Source: Candidatus Atelocyanobacterium thalassae (GTDB taxonomy: Bacteria > Cyanobacteriota > Cyanobacteriia > Cyanobacteriales > Microcystaceae). Taken from it: 64,000 nucleotides of DNA. The DNA is taken from the NCBI GenBank assembly GCA_051971635.1, contig JBFPLN010000006.1:64001-128000 (forward strand). Direction: 5' to 3'. This document shows, piece after piece, positions 33,501 to 44,158 of the stretch; position 1 is the first letter of the stretch, and each line of letters starts with the position of its first letter. Position numbers and translations under genes: made by a program. A model generated the notes under the pieces. That model was not told where the DNA came from. It was given only the letters and a program-made list of their open reading frames with translations, and searched no databases.

Positions 33501-35426
33501 ATGAAAACACAACATCAAATTAATCAAAGATTAAAGTCATCACTTGATAATGCTATTGATATCAGTCAGAACTACATACTCTCTTTACAATATCCTGAAG
33601 GTTATTGGTTAGGAGAACTAGAGTCAAATATAACTCTTACTGCAGAGACTGTTTTAATTTATAAAATTTGGGGAATATTTGAAAACCTTCCAAAATCTAA
33701 AATTGAAACTTATTTATGTAGTAAACAAAACAAACATGGTGGTTGGGAACTTTTTTATGGCGATGGTGGAGAGATTAGTACATCCATAGAAGCATATATG
33801 GCACTTAGACTTTTAGGTATGTCTAAAGATGATCCTATTTTAGTTAATGCCAAGAATTTTATTCTTAGCAGAGGAGGTGTTTCCAAAGCTAGAATTTTCA
33901 CTAAGTTTCATTTAGCTTTAATTGGTTGTTACTCATGGAAGGGGCTCCCCTCTATACCTCCATGGATTATGGTTTTAAGTAACAATTTTCCTTTTACAAT
34001 TTATGAGATGGCTAGTTGGGCACGAGAAAGTACTGTCCCATTGATAATAGTTTTTGATAAAAAACCAATTTTCGAAGTTAATCCATCTTTTAACCTTGAT
34101 GAATTGTATATAGAAGAAATAGAAAAAATTCAATATAGTCTTCCATACAAGAATGATTGGACTGATATTTTTTTGTGGTTGGACAAAATTTTTCAGCTAT
34201 TAGGAAAATTCAATCTAATTCCTTTTAAAGAGAAAGGTTTAAAGGAAGCAGAGAAATGGGTATTAGATCATCAACAAGAAAGTGGAGATTGGGGAGGAAT
34301 TATGCCTCCGATGCTAAACTCTCTAATTGCATTCCGAACTTTAGGATATGATTTAGAGGATCCCTCCGTTAAAAGAGGTTTTGAAGCCATTCAACGTTTT
34401 GCTATTGAAAAAGATAAAGAATATTATGTTCAGGCTTGCGTATCTCCTGTATGGGATACTGCTTGGATGATAAGAGCCTTATCTGAGTCAGGGTTGTCAA
34501 AAAATCATCCTTCTCTTCAACTAGCTGGAAACTGGTTACTAAGTAAACAATGTTTAGACTATGGAGATTGGTCAATTAAAAATAAAGTTGGGAAACCTGG
34601 AGGATGGGCATTTGAGTTTACTAATCGCTTTTATCCTGATATTGATGACTCAGCAGCTGTAGTTATGGCACTTGAGGGAATTACTCTTATAAACGAAAAG
34701 CAGAAAAAAGTAGCTATTGAGCGCTGCCTTCAATGGATAGAAACAATGCAGTGCAGAACTGGAGGATGGGCAGCTTTCGATATAGATAATAATCAAGCTT
34801 GGTTAAATGAAGTTCCTTATGGGGATCTCAAAGCAATGATCGATCCAAATAGCGCTGATGTAACCGCAAGAGTAGTAGAAATGTTAGGTTCATGTAACTT
34901 AAAAATTTCTGATAAAAGTATTGTGAAAGCCCTTACGTATTTGTATGATGAACAAGAAAATGATGGCAGTTGGTTTGGTAGATGGGGTGTTAATTATATC
35001 TATGGAACTAGTGGAGTGTTGTCTGCATTGGCAGTTCTTAATTCTGATCAAAATCATTTGCAACTAGAAAAAGGAGTTAGCTGGCTATTAAGTTGTCAAA
35101 ATGAAGATGGTGGATGGGGAGAGAGTTGTTTAAGCTATGATAATCCTGAGCTAAAAGGAAAAGGTGTAAGTACAGCTTCTCAAACTGCTTGGTCCTTAAT
35201 TGGGTTACTAGATGCGGGAAAAGCTTTAAATAATTTTGCAATCAATAGTGTTGATCGAGGTATAGACTATTTACTGAATACTCAAACATCTAGTGGAGTA
35301 TGGGAAGAAAATGAATTTACTGGAACTGGATTTCCTTCTCATTTTTATATAAAGTATCATCTCTATTGTAATTATTTCCCTTTGATTGCTCTAGGACGTT
35401 ATAAACAATTTAGACATCTATTTTAA
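33501..35426 (+). CDS. shc: Squalene--hopene cyclase
   Basis: YPDIDDSA (DXDD), QW repeats (QENDGSW, QNEDGGWGE), GRWGVNYIYGT and TGTGFP. Confidence 0.96.
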   Translation: MKTQHQINQRLKSSLDNAIDISQNYILSLQYPEGYWLGELESNITLTAETVLIYKIWGIFENLPKSKIETYLCSKQNKHGGWELFYGDGGEISTSIEAYMALRLLGMSKDDPILVNAKNFILSRGGVSKARIFTKFHLALIGCYSWKGLPSIPPWIMVLSNNFPFTIYEMASWARESTVPLIIVFDKKPIFEVNPSFNLDELYIEEIEKIQYSLPYKNDWTDIFLWLDKIFQLLGKFNLIPFKEKGLKEAEKWVLDHQQESGDWGGIMPPMLNSLIAFRTLGYDLEDPSVKRGFEAIQRFAIEKDKEYYVQACVSPVWDTAWMIRALSESGLSKNHPSLQLAGNWLLSKQCLDYGDWSIKNKVGKPGGWAFEFTNRFYPDIDDSAAVVMALEGITLINEKQKKVAIERCLQWIETMQCRTGGWAAFDIDNNQAWLNEVPYGDLKAMIDPNSADVTARVVEMLGSCNLKISDKSIVKALTYLYDEQENDGSWFGRWGVNYIYGTSGVLSALAVLNSDQNHLQLEKGVSWLLSCQNEDGGWGESCLSYDNPELKGKGVSTASQTAWSLIGLLDAGKALNNFAINSVDRGIDYLLNTQTSSGVWEENEFTGTGFPSHFYIKYHLYCNYFPLIALGRYKQFRHLF

Positions 35427-35566
35427 GTATCATTAAAAAATCTTTTTAATAACCTTAATTTTTTATAAAAAGCATATGTTAAATTGAAAAGATAAACGAT
35501 TTAGTTAATAAGTTTCTAAATTATATTTTGTAAATTAAAGATAAGTATAAAAATATTTATAATATC

Positions 35567-35616
35567 TATGATAATTAACTTAATAATTTTAATTAATTAT
35601 TAAGTTAATTATCATA
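35567..35616. terminator. Long AT-rich hairpin between convergent shc and SRPBCC gene
   Basis: 22-bp perfect arms TATGATAATTAACTTAATAATT / AATTATTAAGTTAATTATCATA, 6-nt loop. Confidence 0.7.
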
Positions 35617-35767
35617 ATTTAAAAAATAAAAGTTTTTCTTAATAATGCTCTTAAAATATTAGAAACAATTTAATAGAATGAAAAATTTAGCAAATATTCT
35701 GACAGGATAAGCTATGGGAATACTTCAGATAAAAAATTTTAAGACAGTATAAGAAAATATTAGATAT

Positions 35768-36217
35768 TTATATCTCACCTTTACTTTTTTTTATTGCATA
35801 ATCTCTAAATCTTTTTAAATCTTCTGAAATGGTAGATTCAACTATTCTACCTAAAAATAATTTATCCATTAATTTTCCTAGCCATCCTGGAATGCTATAA
35901 GCGATACTTAATCTAACAATACTACTACCTTGCCTATCGTAAAATCTAATCGCTCCTCTATTAGGTAATCCATTTATTGACTCCCACTGTATGATTTGAT
36001 GAGGTACTATTTTGAGGATTTTTGATAGCCAGGTGAACTGAAAACTTCCACTAACTAATTTCCATCGTGATAAGCTAGGATCATCATCAAGAATTTCAAC
36101 GGAGTCAATCCATTTCATCCATTTAGGCATTTCATTTAAGTCTGACCATAAATTCCACACCTGTTCAATAGGAATATCTACTTCAATTTGTACACTATGC
36201 TCTAACCAGTTAGACAT
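35768..36217 (-). CDS. SRPBCC (START/polyketide-cyclase-like) family protein
   Basis: WLEHSVQIEV..P...VWNLWSDL..MPKWMKWI and WESINGLPNRGAIRFY. Confidence 0.85.
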   Translation of the reverse strand: MSNWLEHSVQIEVDIPIEQVWNLWSDLNEMPKWMKWIDSVEILDDDPSLSRWKLVSGSFQFTWLSKILKIVPHQIIQWESINGLPNRGAIRFYDRQGSSIVRLSIAYSIPGWLGKLMDKLFLGRIVESTISEDLKRFRDYAIKKSKGEI

Positions 36218-36510
36218 ATTTGAAATGTAAATTACTGTATATCGTTTTATGTTTAATCTATATATTAAATGCTTTTATATATTAGCATATTAACATTTTT
36301 AAAACTTAATCTTTAGTGTTTGCTAGAAAGATATTTTTTTTGTTTTAATAACATAAAGTTGTTACTCCTTAGACCTAGCTAATATAGTTTTTAGTTTTAT
36401 TATTATAATAATTAGCTAATACATGTATGAAAAGTAAATTTTAAGATACCAAAGAAAAAGAAATTAAATGAATTAATAAATATTCTTACTGCATTTATAT
36501 TAGAAATTAT

Positions 36511-36558
36511 GTTATTGTTCCTTTTCTTAAAAGTTTTAATAAGAAAAGGAACAATAAC
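36511..36558 (-). terminator. Hairpin downstream of the SGNH hydrolase gene
   Basis: 19-bp perfect arms GTTATTGTTCCTTTTCTTA / TAAGAAAAGGAACAATAAC. Confidence 0.7.
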
Positions 36559-36653
36559 TATTGAAAAAAAAATTTATTTCTTATACATTTCTTTAAGTAT
36601 ATTAGAACTAATAAGTAGCCAATATATATTACATAAGTATAATAATTTATATG

Positions 36654-37844
36654 TTATTCTTGTAACGAACAAATCTTATTACTAATTATTTCTCCGGCAA
36701 CCTGATGTCCGAGGTTATTCCAATGTCCACTTCCTATTTTTGTATTATTAAAACCATGTATAAAGGCTTTATTTTTATCAGCATAGGCTTGTAAAAGTGG
36801 AGCTAAAGTTAAAATTTTAAAGTTTTCTATTTGTGATAATTTATAAATATGTTGATCGGGATAAAATTGACTATTTGTTGCCAGATTTTTAAAATATTGT
36901 TCTCTAACTGAAAAATTGGGATAGACTTGAATAGGATTACTTAATGTTACTACTAAATAGTCAGTACTGAAGATAGAGTTTTCTTGTTGTATTAGTTTAA
37001 TTGATTTATCCATTACGTTCCATTCTTTTTCCCATATTACAGAAGAGCTTTTATATAACTCTGGAATAAATTCAATATTTTGAGATATATCCTTGTCAAC
37101 CTTCAAATTCCCAGATATAAGTTTAGGAAACTGCTTGTTTATAATAATTCTAGTTTGATTAACTAGTTGTAAAATATGAGATTTATTTATTAAAAAAAAT
37201 AATTTTTTTCTTACAAAACTATTACGCCATTGGTAAGTTTTGGTGTTTCTAAATGACATGTCAAAGATGTACTTATTATCTTTGAGCTCTAGGAAGGGAC
37301 TAAATCTGTCATGAGGACTTAATACTTTTGAATTATTAATAACATCATTATCAGTAAAAACCGTTAATAGAACAAGATCAGGAGAAAATTCACTAGCATA
37401 ATATTTTAGCGTTGTATATTCTTGTGTAGTACCGTAATCACCAACGCCAAAATTTATTACCTCAATATTTTTGCTACTTAATTTTTGACATTTAGATAAT
37501 TTTTCTTTTGTTAATGACCAAAACGTTTTATCTTTATCAAGTTGTATAGCTTCAGCAAAAGAATCGCCGATAATAATAATTCTAAAAGTATCTTTTGGTT
37601 TCTTTTTTGTATAGGCTTTATCCCTTAAACCATTTTTATTAATTGATACAAATGCATTCCCTTCATGCTTCCATTTTCCGAACATATTCTTGATAAGAGA
37701 ATGCCCTCGATGAAAATCAACTTTATAAAAACTAGGATAGGAGATATTTAATATTCTTAATCCGATCTCTCCAACGAATAGAGCGAAAGTTAAGCTACTG
37801 AATATTAGTACAAAGTTATTTATAATCTTGTTTGGTTTAGACAT
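36654..37844 (-). CDS. Membrane-anchored SGNH/GDSL hydrolase family protein
   Basis: N-terminal TM (EIGLRI), IGDSFAE, EVINFGVGDYGT, DND and GHWNNLGH. Confidence 0.8.
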   Translation of the reverse strand: MSKPNKIINNFVLIFSSLTFALFVGEIGLRILNISYPSFYKVDFHRGHSLIKNMFGKWKHEGNAFVSINKNGLRDKAYTKKKPKDTFRIIIIGDSFAEAIQLDKDKTFWSLTKEKLSKCQKLSSKNIEVINFGVGDYGTTQEYTTLKYYASEFSPDLVLLTVFTDNDVINNSKVLSPHDRFSPFLELKDNKYIFDMSFRNTKTYQWRNSFVRKKLFFLINKSHILQLVNQTRIIINKQFPKLISGNLKVDKDISQNIEFIPELYKSSSVIWEKEWNVMDKSIKLIQQENSIFSTDYLVVTLSNPIQVYPNFSVREQYFKNLATNSQFYPDQHIYKLSQIENFKILTLAPLLQAYADKNKAFIHGFNNTKIGSGHWNNLGHQVAGEIISNKICSLQE

Positions 37845-37873
37845 GATTGATTATTCTTTAGTAAGAACCACTT

Positions 37874-39064
37874 TTATTTCAATAAGGATTCTTCTGTTTC
37901 GGAATTAAAAATATGAATTGCTCTTTTATTTATTGATAACCATAATGTATCTCCTGTCTTAACCAGATTATTTCCTATATAGTTAACAGTAATTTTAACA
38001 GGACTCTTGTTTAACGTTTCGGTGAATAAACGTACTTCATTTCCCATATTTTCTACTAGAGTAACCTTTACCTGTAAATTATTTATACTAGGAATACTTA
38101 GGGTAATATGTTCAGGTCTAAATCCTAATATGGCAAATTTTTTATTATATTTTCTTAAATATGATTCCCACTCTACAGGAATAGATAAGCTAAATTTGTC
38201 ATAGAAAATTTTAGAAGAATTTTCTATTGTTACTGGCAAAAAATTCATTGGTAAGGATCCAATAAAGCTTCCAACAAAACAATTAATAGGATTATTATAT
38301 AGCTCTAGAGGAGATGCTACTTGTTGAATTTTTCCTTGGTCCATAACAGCAATACGATCACCCATTGTCATTGCTTCTACCTGATCATGAGTAACATATA
38401 TAGTGGTAATTTTTAGTTGATTTTGTAGCTTTACTATTTCAGAACGAGTTTCTGTACGCAAAATTGCATCCAAATTTGACATAGGCTCATCCATTAAGAA
38501 GACCTTAGGATTTCTAGCAATTGCTCTTCCTAATGCTACCCTTTGCCTTTGACCTCCTGATAATTGCTTTGGTAATCTAGTTAATAGGCTATCTAGTCGT
38601 AATAGCTTGCTAACTTGTCCTATCTTTTGATTAATATTTATTTCTAAAGCTGAATTGTATCGAAATTGTTTAGGTAAAAACTTAGTTATTTGATTTAAAA
38701 TTTTATAGATTTTTTTATCAGTTTTATTTATACGACGTAATCCAAAAGCAATATTATCATAAACGTTAAGATGGGGATACAAAGCATAATTTTGAAAGAC
38801 CATAGCTATATCACGCTGCTTGGGAAGAAGAGAATTCACATTTTGTTCTCCTATCAAGATTTCTCCTGATGTAATAGTTTCCAGCCCTGCTATAAGTCGA
38901 AGTAGAGTACTTTTTCCACATCCTGAAGGACCAACTAATACCATGAACTCTCCATCATTAATATTTAAATTAATGTGTCGTAAGATTTTAATTTCGGAAT
39001 CTTTTGATTTGTTTCTTTGGCGAAAGAAACTTTTATTAATGTTTTTCAGTATAACTTTAGCCAC
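37874..39064 (-). CDS. Sugar ABC transporter ATP-binding subunit (MalK/UgpC type)
   Basis: GPSGCGKST, AMVFQNYALYPHL, LSGGQRQR, LMDEP, YVTHDQVEAMT; C-terminal TOBE domain (GFRPEH). Confidence 0.92.
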   Translation of the reverse strand: MAKVILKNINKSFFRQRNKSKDSEIKILRHINLNINDGEFMVLVGPSGCGKSTLLRLIAGLETITSGEILIGEQNVNSLLPKQRDIAMVFQNYALYPHLNVYDNIAFGLRRINKTDKKIYKILNQITKFLPKQFRYNSALEININQKIGQVSKLLRLDSLLTRLPKQLSGGQRQRVALGRAIARNPKVFLMDEPMSNLDAILRTETRSEIVKLQNQLKITTIYVTHDQVEAMTMGDRIAVMDQGKIQQVASPLELYNNPINCFVGSFIGSLPMNFLPVTIENSSKIFYDKFSLSIPVEWESYLRKYNKKFAILGFRPEHITLSIPSINNLQVKVTLVENMGNEVRLFTETLNKSPVKITVNYIGNNLVKTGDTLWLSINKRAIHIFNSETEESLLK

Positions 39065-39753
39065 TGTAATAAGTTAGAAATAATAAGTTAATACATAAAT
39101 AACGCAGACAAAACAAACTATATAAGTTATTTGCAAAGATATATGATGGACTCGATTGACAGTTTTGACAGTTCAACATGAAATATAAAAACTAATAGAT
39201 TTTATATAACTATAAAGTATGATTAAATGTCATTTTAGTAGTAATACTTTAAATATTGATAAATAGTAATAAAATACTATTTCAGTAAAAAATACTGAAT
39301 AAAAAAAGTCTACTAAGTCTTTGATAGTATATATTGACTTACTATATAAAAGTTTAGATTCAATAGAATTCTCAAATTTATTTATAGTTAAGTTATTAAA
39401 TAATTACTTTTTAAAACATATTTTGTCACTTAATATTAAAAAAGTTTAATTATTTTTATTATAAGCCTATAATACGAGTTGGGTTATTACCTCTCATCAT
39501 TAAAATTTTTTTTGCCTATATTTATGAATACTAAATTCAAATTCATTTTAGCAGCCTGTTTTACTACTAGTTAAAAAATACTGAAATTAACAGGTCAGTT
39601 TTTATATTCAAAAAATTATTTAATATCTTGTTTATTAAATAATTTAAGTACTATATTAAATTGGTTTTTATTTATTTACTAAGACAATCTCTTATCATAT
39701 TTTTTTAGTAATAAAGCTAACAATACAGATAATAAGTAAAATTTGCAATAATT

Positions 39754-40629
39754 ATGGATCTATTACGATCATTACCTATTGGACTTTATCTTGAAAAGCC
39801 TCTTACTTGGTTACATTTACTTGATTCTAGAGTTAAATTAGTTTGGCTGATGTCTTTATTGCTTGCGAACAGATCATCTAGTCCAGAATGGTTATTAGTT
39901 CTTGTAGGTTTCCTTGTAGTTTTAACTATAGTTGCCAATATCCCTTTAAGAGTTTGGAAGCAACAAATGGGGTGGCTTTTAATTATTAGTTTTTTAATAT
40001 TTCTAATTATAGCTTTGTCACCTGACGGTCTAGCAATTTCTTCCCAGCCTAGACTTCCAATCAATAACATATCAATACCACAATCAAGTTCTTATAGTTA
40101 TGTTTTACTTGACAAAGGAATTTTCCTTATTACCCGTAGATCTTTGGAACTAGGAATAAGAATAGGTACTCATATTTTTATAGCAGTTTATAGTGCTAAT
40201 TTATACCTATCAACTACTACTCCTGAAGCAATAACTGAAGGATTAGACTATCTATTTTCGCCTTTAAGATTTCTTAAAGTTCCAGTAACTGAAATTTTAT
40301 TAATTTTCACTTTATCTCTACGTTTCATTTCTTTAGTCTTAGAAGAAATACAAAATCTCACTCGTTCTATTAGAACTAGGGCTATAAATTGGAAAAAATT
40401 AGGAATTAGAAAAAGCTTTCAAGTATGGATAGTAGTAATAGAAAAAATACTAGAAAATCTGTTAACAAGAGCTACCGAGATTGCAACTACGATGGAAATT
40501 AGAGGTTTTATTAGTCCCAATAAGCATAGAGTAAAGTGGCATAAACTATCCTTAGTCAAAGGAGATTGGATAGCATTGTTTTCATTATTACCTTTTTGGT
40601 ATTTACGTTATGTTTGGGGAGGAATATAA
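39754..40629 (+). CDS. ECF transporter T component (CbiQ/Ycf92 family)
   Basis: MDLLRSLPIGLYLE..TWLHLLDSRVKL, TTTPEAIT, LRFISLVLEE and MEIRGF. Confidence 0.85.
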   Translation: MDLLRSLPIGLYLEKPLTWLHLLDSRVKLVWLMSLLLANRSSSPEWLLVLVGFLVVLTIVANIPLRVWKQQMGWLLIISFLIFLIIALSPDGLAISSQPRLPINNISIPQSSSYSYVLLDKGIFLITRRSLELGIRIGTHIFIAVYSANLYLSTTTPEAITEGLDYLFSPLRFLKVPVTEILLIFTLSLRFISLVLEEIQNLTRSIRTRAINWKKLGIRKSFQVWIVVIEKILENLLTRATEIATTMEIRGFISPNKHRVKWHKLSLVKGDWIALFSLLPFWYLRYVWGGI

Positions 40630-40646
40630 GAAGAATACTAAGTTAG

Positions 40647-41552
40647 TTAAGAAAACAACATATCTATGAGTATAAAGGAACCGAAACCTAGGCGATACCA
40701 TACAAATATCCAAGTACTCTGTTTTTGTAAATAATTTATTAACCAGGCAATAGATAAATAAGAAAAGAGAATAGAAGAAATTATTGCCGTCAAAAGAGGT
40801 AGTATAGTTTCTTGAGAAAATCCAGTATTAAAAATCTCAGTTAATTCGTATAAGCCTACTGTAGTTATTGCAGGAATACCTAATAAAAAAGAGAACCTTG
40901 CTGCAGTTTCTCGTTTTAAATTTAGAAATAATCCTAGAGTAATTGTTGAACCTGACCGAGAAACTCCAGGAATTATAGCTAAAGATTGAATAGCACCCAT
41001 AAAAAATGCATCTTGCCATTTTAATTTATCAAAGTTACGTTCATATTTTCCAACTTTTTCCGCTAAAGCTAATAGTAAAGACATGATAATAGAAGAAACT
41101 GCAACCATCCCGCTACTTCGTAAAATAGAATTATCTATGTCTGTCATAAAAGTTTTTGTTAAGTATCCAACTATAAGGAAAGGTAAAGTTCCCATAAAAA
41201 TGCCAAATCCCATCCGAAGATCATGAGACTCTAAATCATTATTTTTAATTGCTATGAATGTACCTGTGACAATTTTTCTTAGGTCTGACCAAAAGTACCA
41301 TAGAACTGAGATAATACTTCCTAACTGAATTACTGCAGAAAAATTTACTCCCGGATCACCCCATCCCAAATAAGAAGGAATTATTTGTAAATGAGCCGTA
41401 CTACTAATAGGTAAAAATTCTGTTAACCCTTGTATCATACCTAAAATGATAATTTGTAAATAGCTAAAACTTTCAATTGTTGAAGATGGATTTTCTAATG
41501 TTATGTGTTGATTGATCGATAGCTGAGAAAATATTAAAATGAGAAAAAACAT
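40647..41552 (-). CDS. uppP: Undecaprenyl-diphosphate phosphatase; true start may be internal
   Basis: QGLTEFLPISSTAHL, PGVSRSGST and AARFSFLL. Confidence 0.93.
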   Translation of the reverse strand: MFFLILIFSQLSINQHITLENPSSTIESFSYLQIIILGMIQGLTEFLPISSTAHLQIIPSYLGWGDPGVNFSAVIQLGSIISVLWYFWSDLRKIVTGTFIAIKNNDLESHDLRMGFGIFMGTLPFLIVGYLTKTFMTDIDNSILRSSGMVAVSSIIMSLLLALAEKVGKYERNFDKLKWQDAFFMGAIQSLAIIPGVSRSGSTITLGLFLNLKRETAARFSFLLGIPAITTVGLYELTEIFNTGFSQETILPLLTAIISSILFSYLSIAWLINYLQKQSTWIFVWYRLGFGSFILIDMLFS

Positions 41553-41940
41553 AATTTCTTGAACCAGAAATAAAAGATTTAAGCTATTTAAAGTTAGCTA
41601 TAGGCTAGCATTTTTAGTATATAGTTCCAAGTGTTTTATTCTATTAAATAGGTTGAAAAATCTTAAATAACGACTTAATAGAGTCTAAATAACTACAATT
41701 AAGGTTTGAGGCTAAATATTCTTAATATATTTTTCAACCATAAGATGAAGTATGGTATCTATAAGTTTTGCAAAAATCAAAATTTATTATGTGATTCATT
41801 ACTATGATTATTTTTAGAATTTGTTTAAATAAGAAATAATAGTATTAACTTATAGAAGATGGAAATTAATAGTTAAGTTTTTTCCATTTTTAATTCCCTT
41901 AGAATATATTAGGACTAGTTTTAACTTTGAGGAAAATTTT

Positions 41941-43392
41941 GTGACAGTGAGAGTTCGTATCGCCCCTAGTCCTACTGGAACTTTACATATTGGTACTGCT
42001 AGGACAGCTATTTTTAACTGGTTATTTGCGAATCGCCACAAAGGCAAATTTATTTTACGTATTGAAGATACAGATCAGCAACGTTCTAAGCCTGAGTTCA
42101 TTGAAAATATAAAATCAGGTTTAACTTGGTTAGGCTTAAATTGGGATGAAGGACCTTTCTTTCAGACTCAACGCTTGGATTCCTATCACAAAATTATTCA
42201 AAAATTACTTGATCAAGGTCTTGCATATAGATGCTACTGTACTCCAGAAGAGTTAGAAGATATGAAAGAGCGGCAAAGGTCGAACAATCAAGCGCCTAGG
42301 TATGATAACCGTCATCGTTATTTAACAAGAGTACAACAAGAATCTTTTGAAGCAGAAGGGAAGCAATCCGTTATTAGATTCATAATAAATGATGAGCAAG
42401 AAATTTGCTGGAATGATTTAATTAGAGGACATATGATATGGAAGGGTAGTGATCTTGGCGGAGATATGGTCATTGCTCGTATTAGAGAAAATATAGAACA
42501 GCCATTTGGACAACCTCTTTATAACCTTGCCGTAGTGGTAGACGATATAGATATGAATATTAGTCATGTAATTCGTGGGGAAGACCATATAGCAAACACT
42601 GCTAAACAAATTTTATTGTACGAAGCATTAGGAAAAACAATTCCATACTTTGCACATACACCTCTAATACTCAATCAAGAAGGCCGTAAACTGTCGAAAA
42701 GAGATGGTGTTACTTCTATTAATGACTTTCGCGAAATGGGTTTTTTACCAGATGCTCTTGTTAATTACATGAGTCTTCTAGGATGGACTCTACCTGATAG
42801 CACTCAAGAAATTTTTACATTACATGAGATTGCGGAGAATTTCGATTTAGAGCGTGTTAGTAAAGCAGGTGCTAAATTTGATTGGGACAAATTAGACTGG
42901 ATTAATAGCCAATACCTTCATAAGATACCAGTAGAAGAACTGGTAAATTTACTAATTCCATATTGGCAAAAAAATAATTTCCTTATTGATATCGATTTTG
43001 ATCGTAAATGGCTAGAACGTATAGCTATTTTAATTCAACCTAGTCTAGTTCGCTTAAATGATGTTATCAAAGAAAGTTCTTTTTTCTTTGGTGAAAATAT
43101 AAATTATAATGACGAAGCAATGCTACATATGAAACAAGACAATGTTAAGAGTATTCTTGAATTAGCTTTAACAAAAATTGAAGAATGTTCTATCTTAGAT
43201 GAAGATGAAATCAAGAAAATAATTAAGGAAATTGTCAAGACATTTAAAGTTAAAAAAGGACTAGTAATGCGTTCTCTCCGAGCAGGTCTGTCTGGAAAAT
43301 TACATGGTCCTGATTTAATTGAATCCTGGAGTATATTGAATATAAAAGGATGGGATAAAAGCCGTCTAAAAAGTTTATTAAATATTTTGTAA
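41941..43392 (+). CDS. gltX: Glutamate--tRNA ligase, GTG start
   Basis: [27 protein letters not shown] and KLSKR; GAGG RBS. Confidence 0.97.
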   Translation: MTVRVRIAPSPTGTLHIGTARTAIFNWLFANRHKGKFILRIEDTDQQRSKPEFIENIKSGLTWLGLNWDEGPFFQTQRLDSYHKIIQKLLDQGLAYRCYCTPEELEDMKERQRSNNQAPRYDNRHRYLTRVQQESFEAEGKQSVIRFIINDEQEICWNDLIRGHMIWKGSDLGGDMVIARIRENIEQPFGQPLYNLAVVVDDIDMNISHVIRGEDHIANTAKQILLYEALGKTIPYFAHTPLILNQEGRKLSKRDGVTSINDFREMGFLPDALVNYMSLLGWTLPDSTQEIFTLHEIAENFDLERVSKAGAKFDWDKLDWINSQYLHKIPVEELVNLLIPYWQKNNFLIDIDFDRKWLERIAILIQPSLVRLNDVIKESSFFFGENINYNDEAMLHMKQDNVKSILELALTKIEECSILDEDEIKKIIKEIVKTFKVKKGLVMRSLRAGLSGKLHGPDLIESWSILNIKGWDKSRLKSLLNIL

Positions 43393-43395
43393 AGC

Positions 43396-43439
43396 TGAAA
43401 GATAGGAAGGTAACATGAAAATTCTCTTTCTATCTTTCA
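43396..43439 (+). terminator. Hairpin after gltX
   Basis: TGAAAGATAGGAAG / CTTTCTATCTTTCA (one G-U on the + strand RNA). Confidence 0.6.
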
Positions 43440-44158
43440 AATTCATAAGACACTTAAATGCTAACTAATATAAATTAATAGATTGTAAAACATAAAAATA
43501 ATTAGATTATGTATTTGGCTAAAAATATTAATTTGGACTTTGTAAGTTTTTTTTTAAATATTGAAACTTTAATCTAGTGAAAATTAAGAATATTTAGTAA
43601 ATTTAAAAGAATGTAATAATTATGTTAAAAAAACCGTTTTTTAAAAAAATACTAGAAGTATTAGTTAGCTTGGTATTAGGTAATCGCAGTAAAATTTCTT
43701 TAGACTTCTATAGTTGTACCTTAAAGACATTAAATTATAAAAATAATATATTGTCTTTATGAACTACTGTCGAGCCACTCCAGTATTGATTGTTGTAATA
43801 AATTCTTATTTTCTAGACTTTTTCTTTACCAAGAGTGTAGATTTTCTTGATAAATACTGTTATGTATAGGTTAAATATATTGAATATTAAGCAAAAAATA
43901 AGTACTTACTATTCGCAACCTTGATTAAGCAAAGACAAAATATTTTTGTCAAGTTTTCTAAAAGATAAACTCCAATTAGAAACAAAAAATACTTTTTCTC
44001 TAAACTATGTTATGAAATTTTGATAAAAGGTAGCACTGATAAAAAGCTCAAACCCATGTATAGAAAGTATATAAGTTTTTACCCAATAATATTTATTTTT
44101 AATTCTGTAATATAACTTTATATAATGTAGATGAACAAACGTCACACTTGTAAAAGCC

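Noticed and set aside
43660..43870. Possible decayed ORF on the minus strand between gltX and ndhD (KIRIYYNNQYWSGSTVVHKD)
   Set aside because: No convincing family match by eye; indistinguishable from random AT-rich sequence
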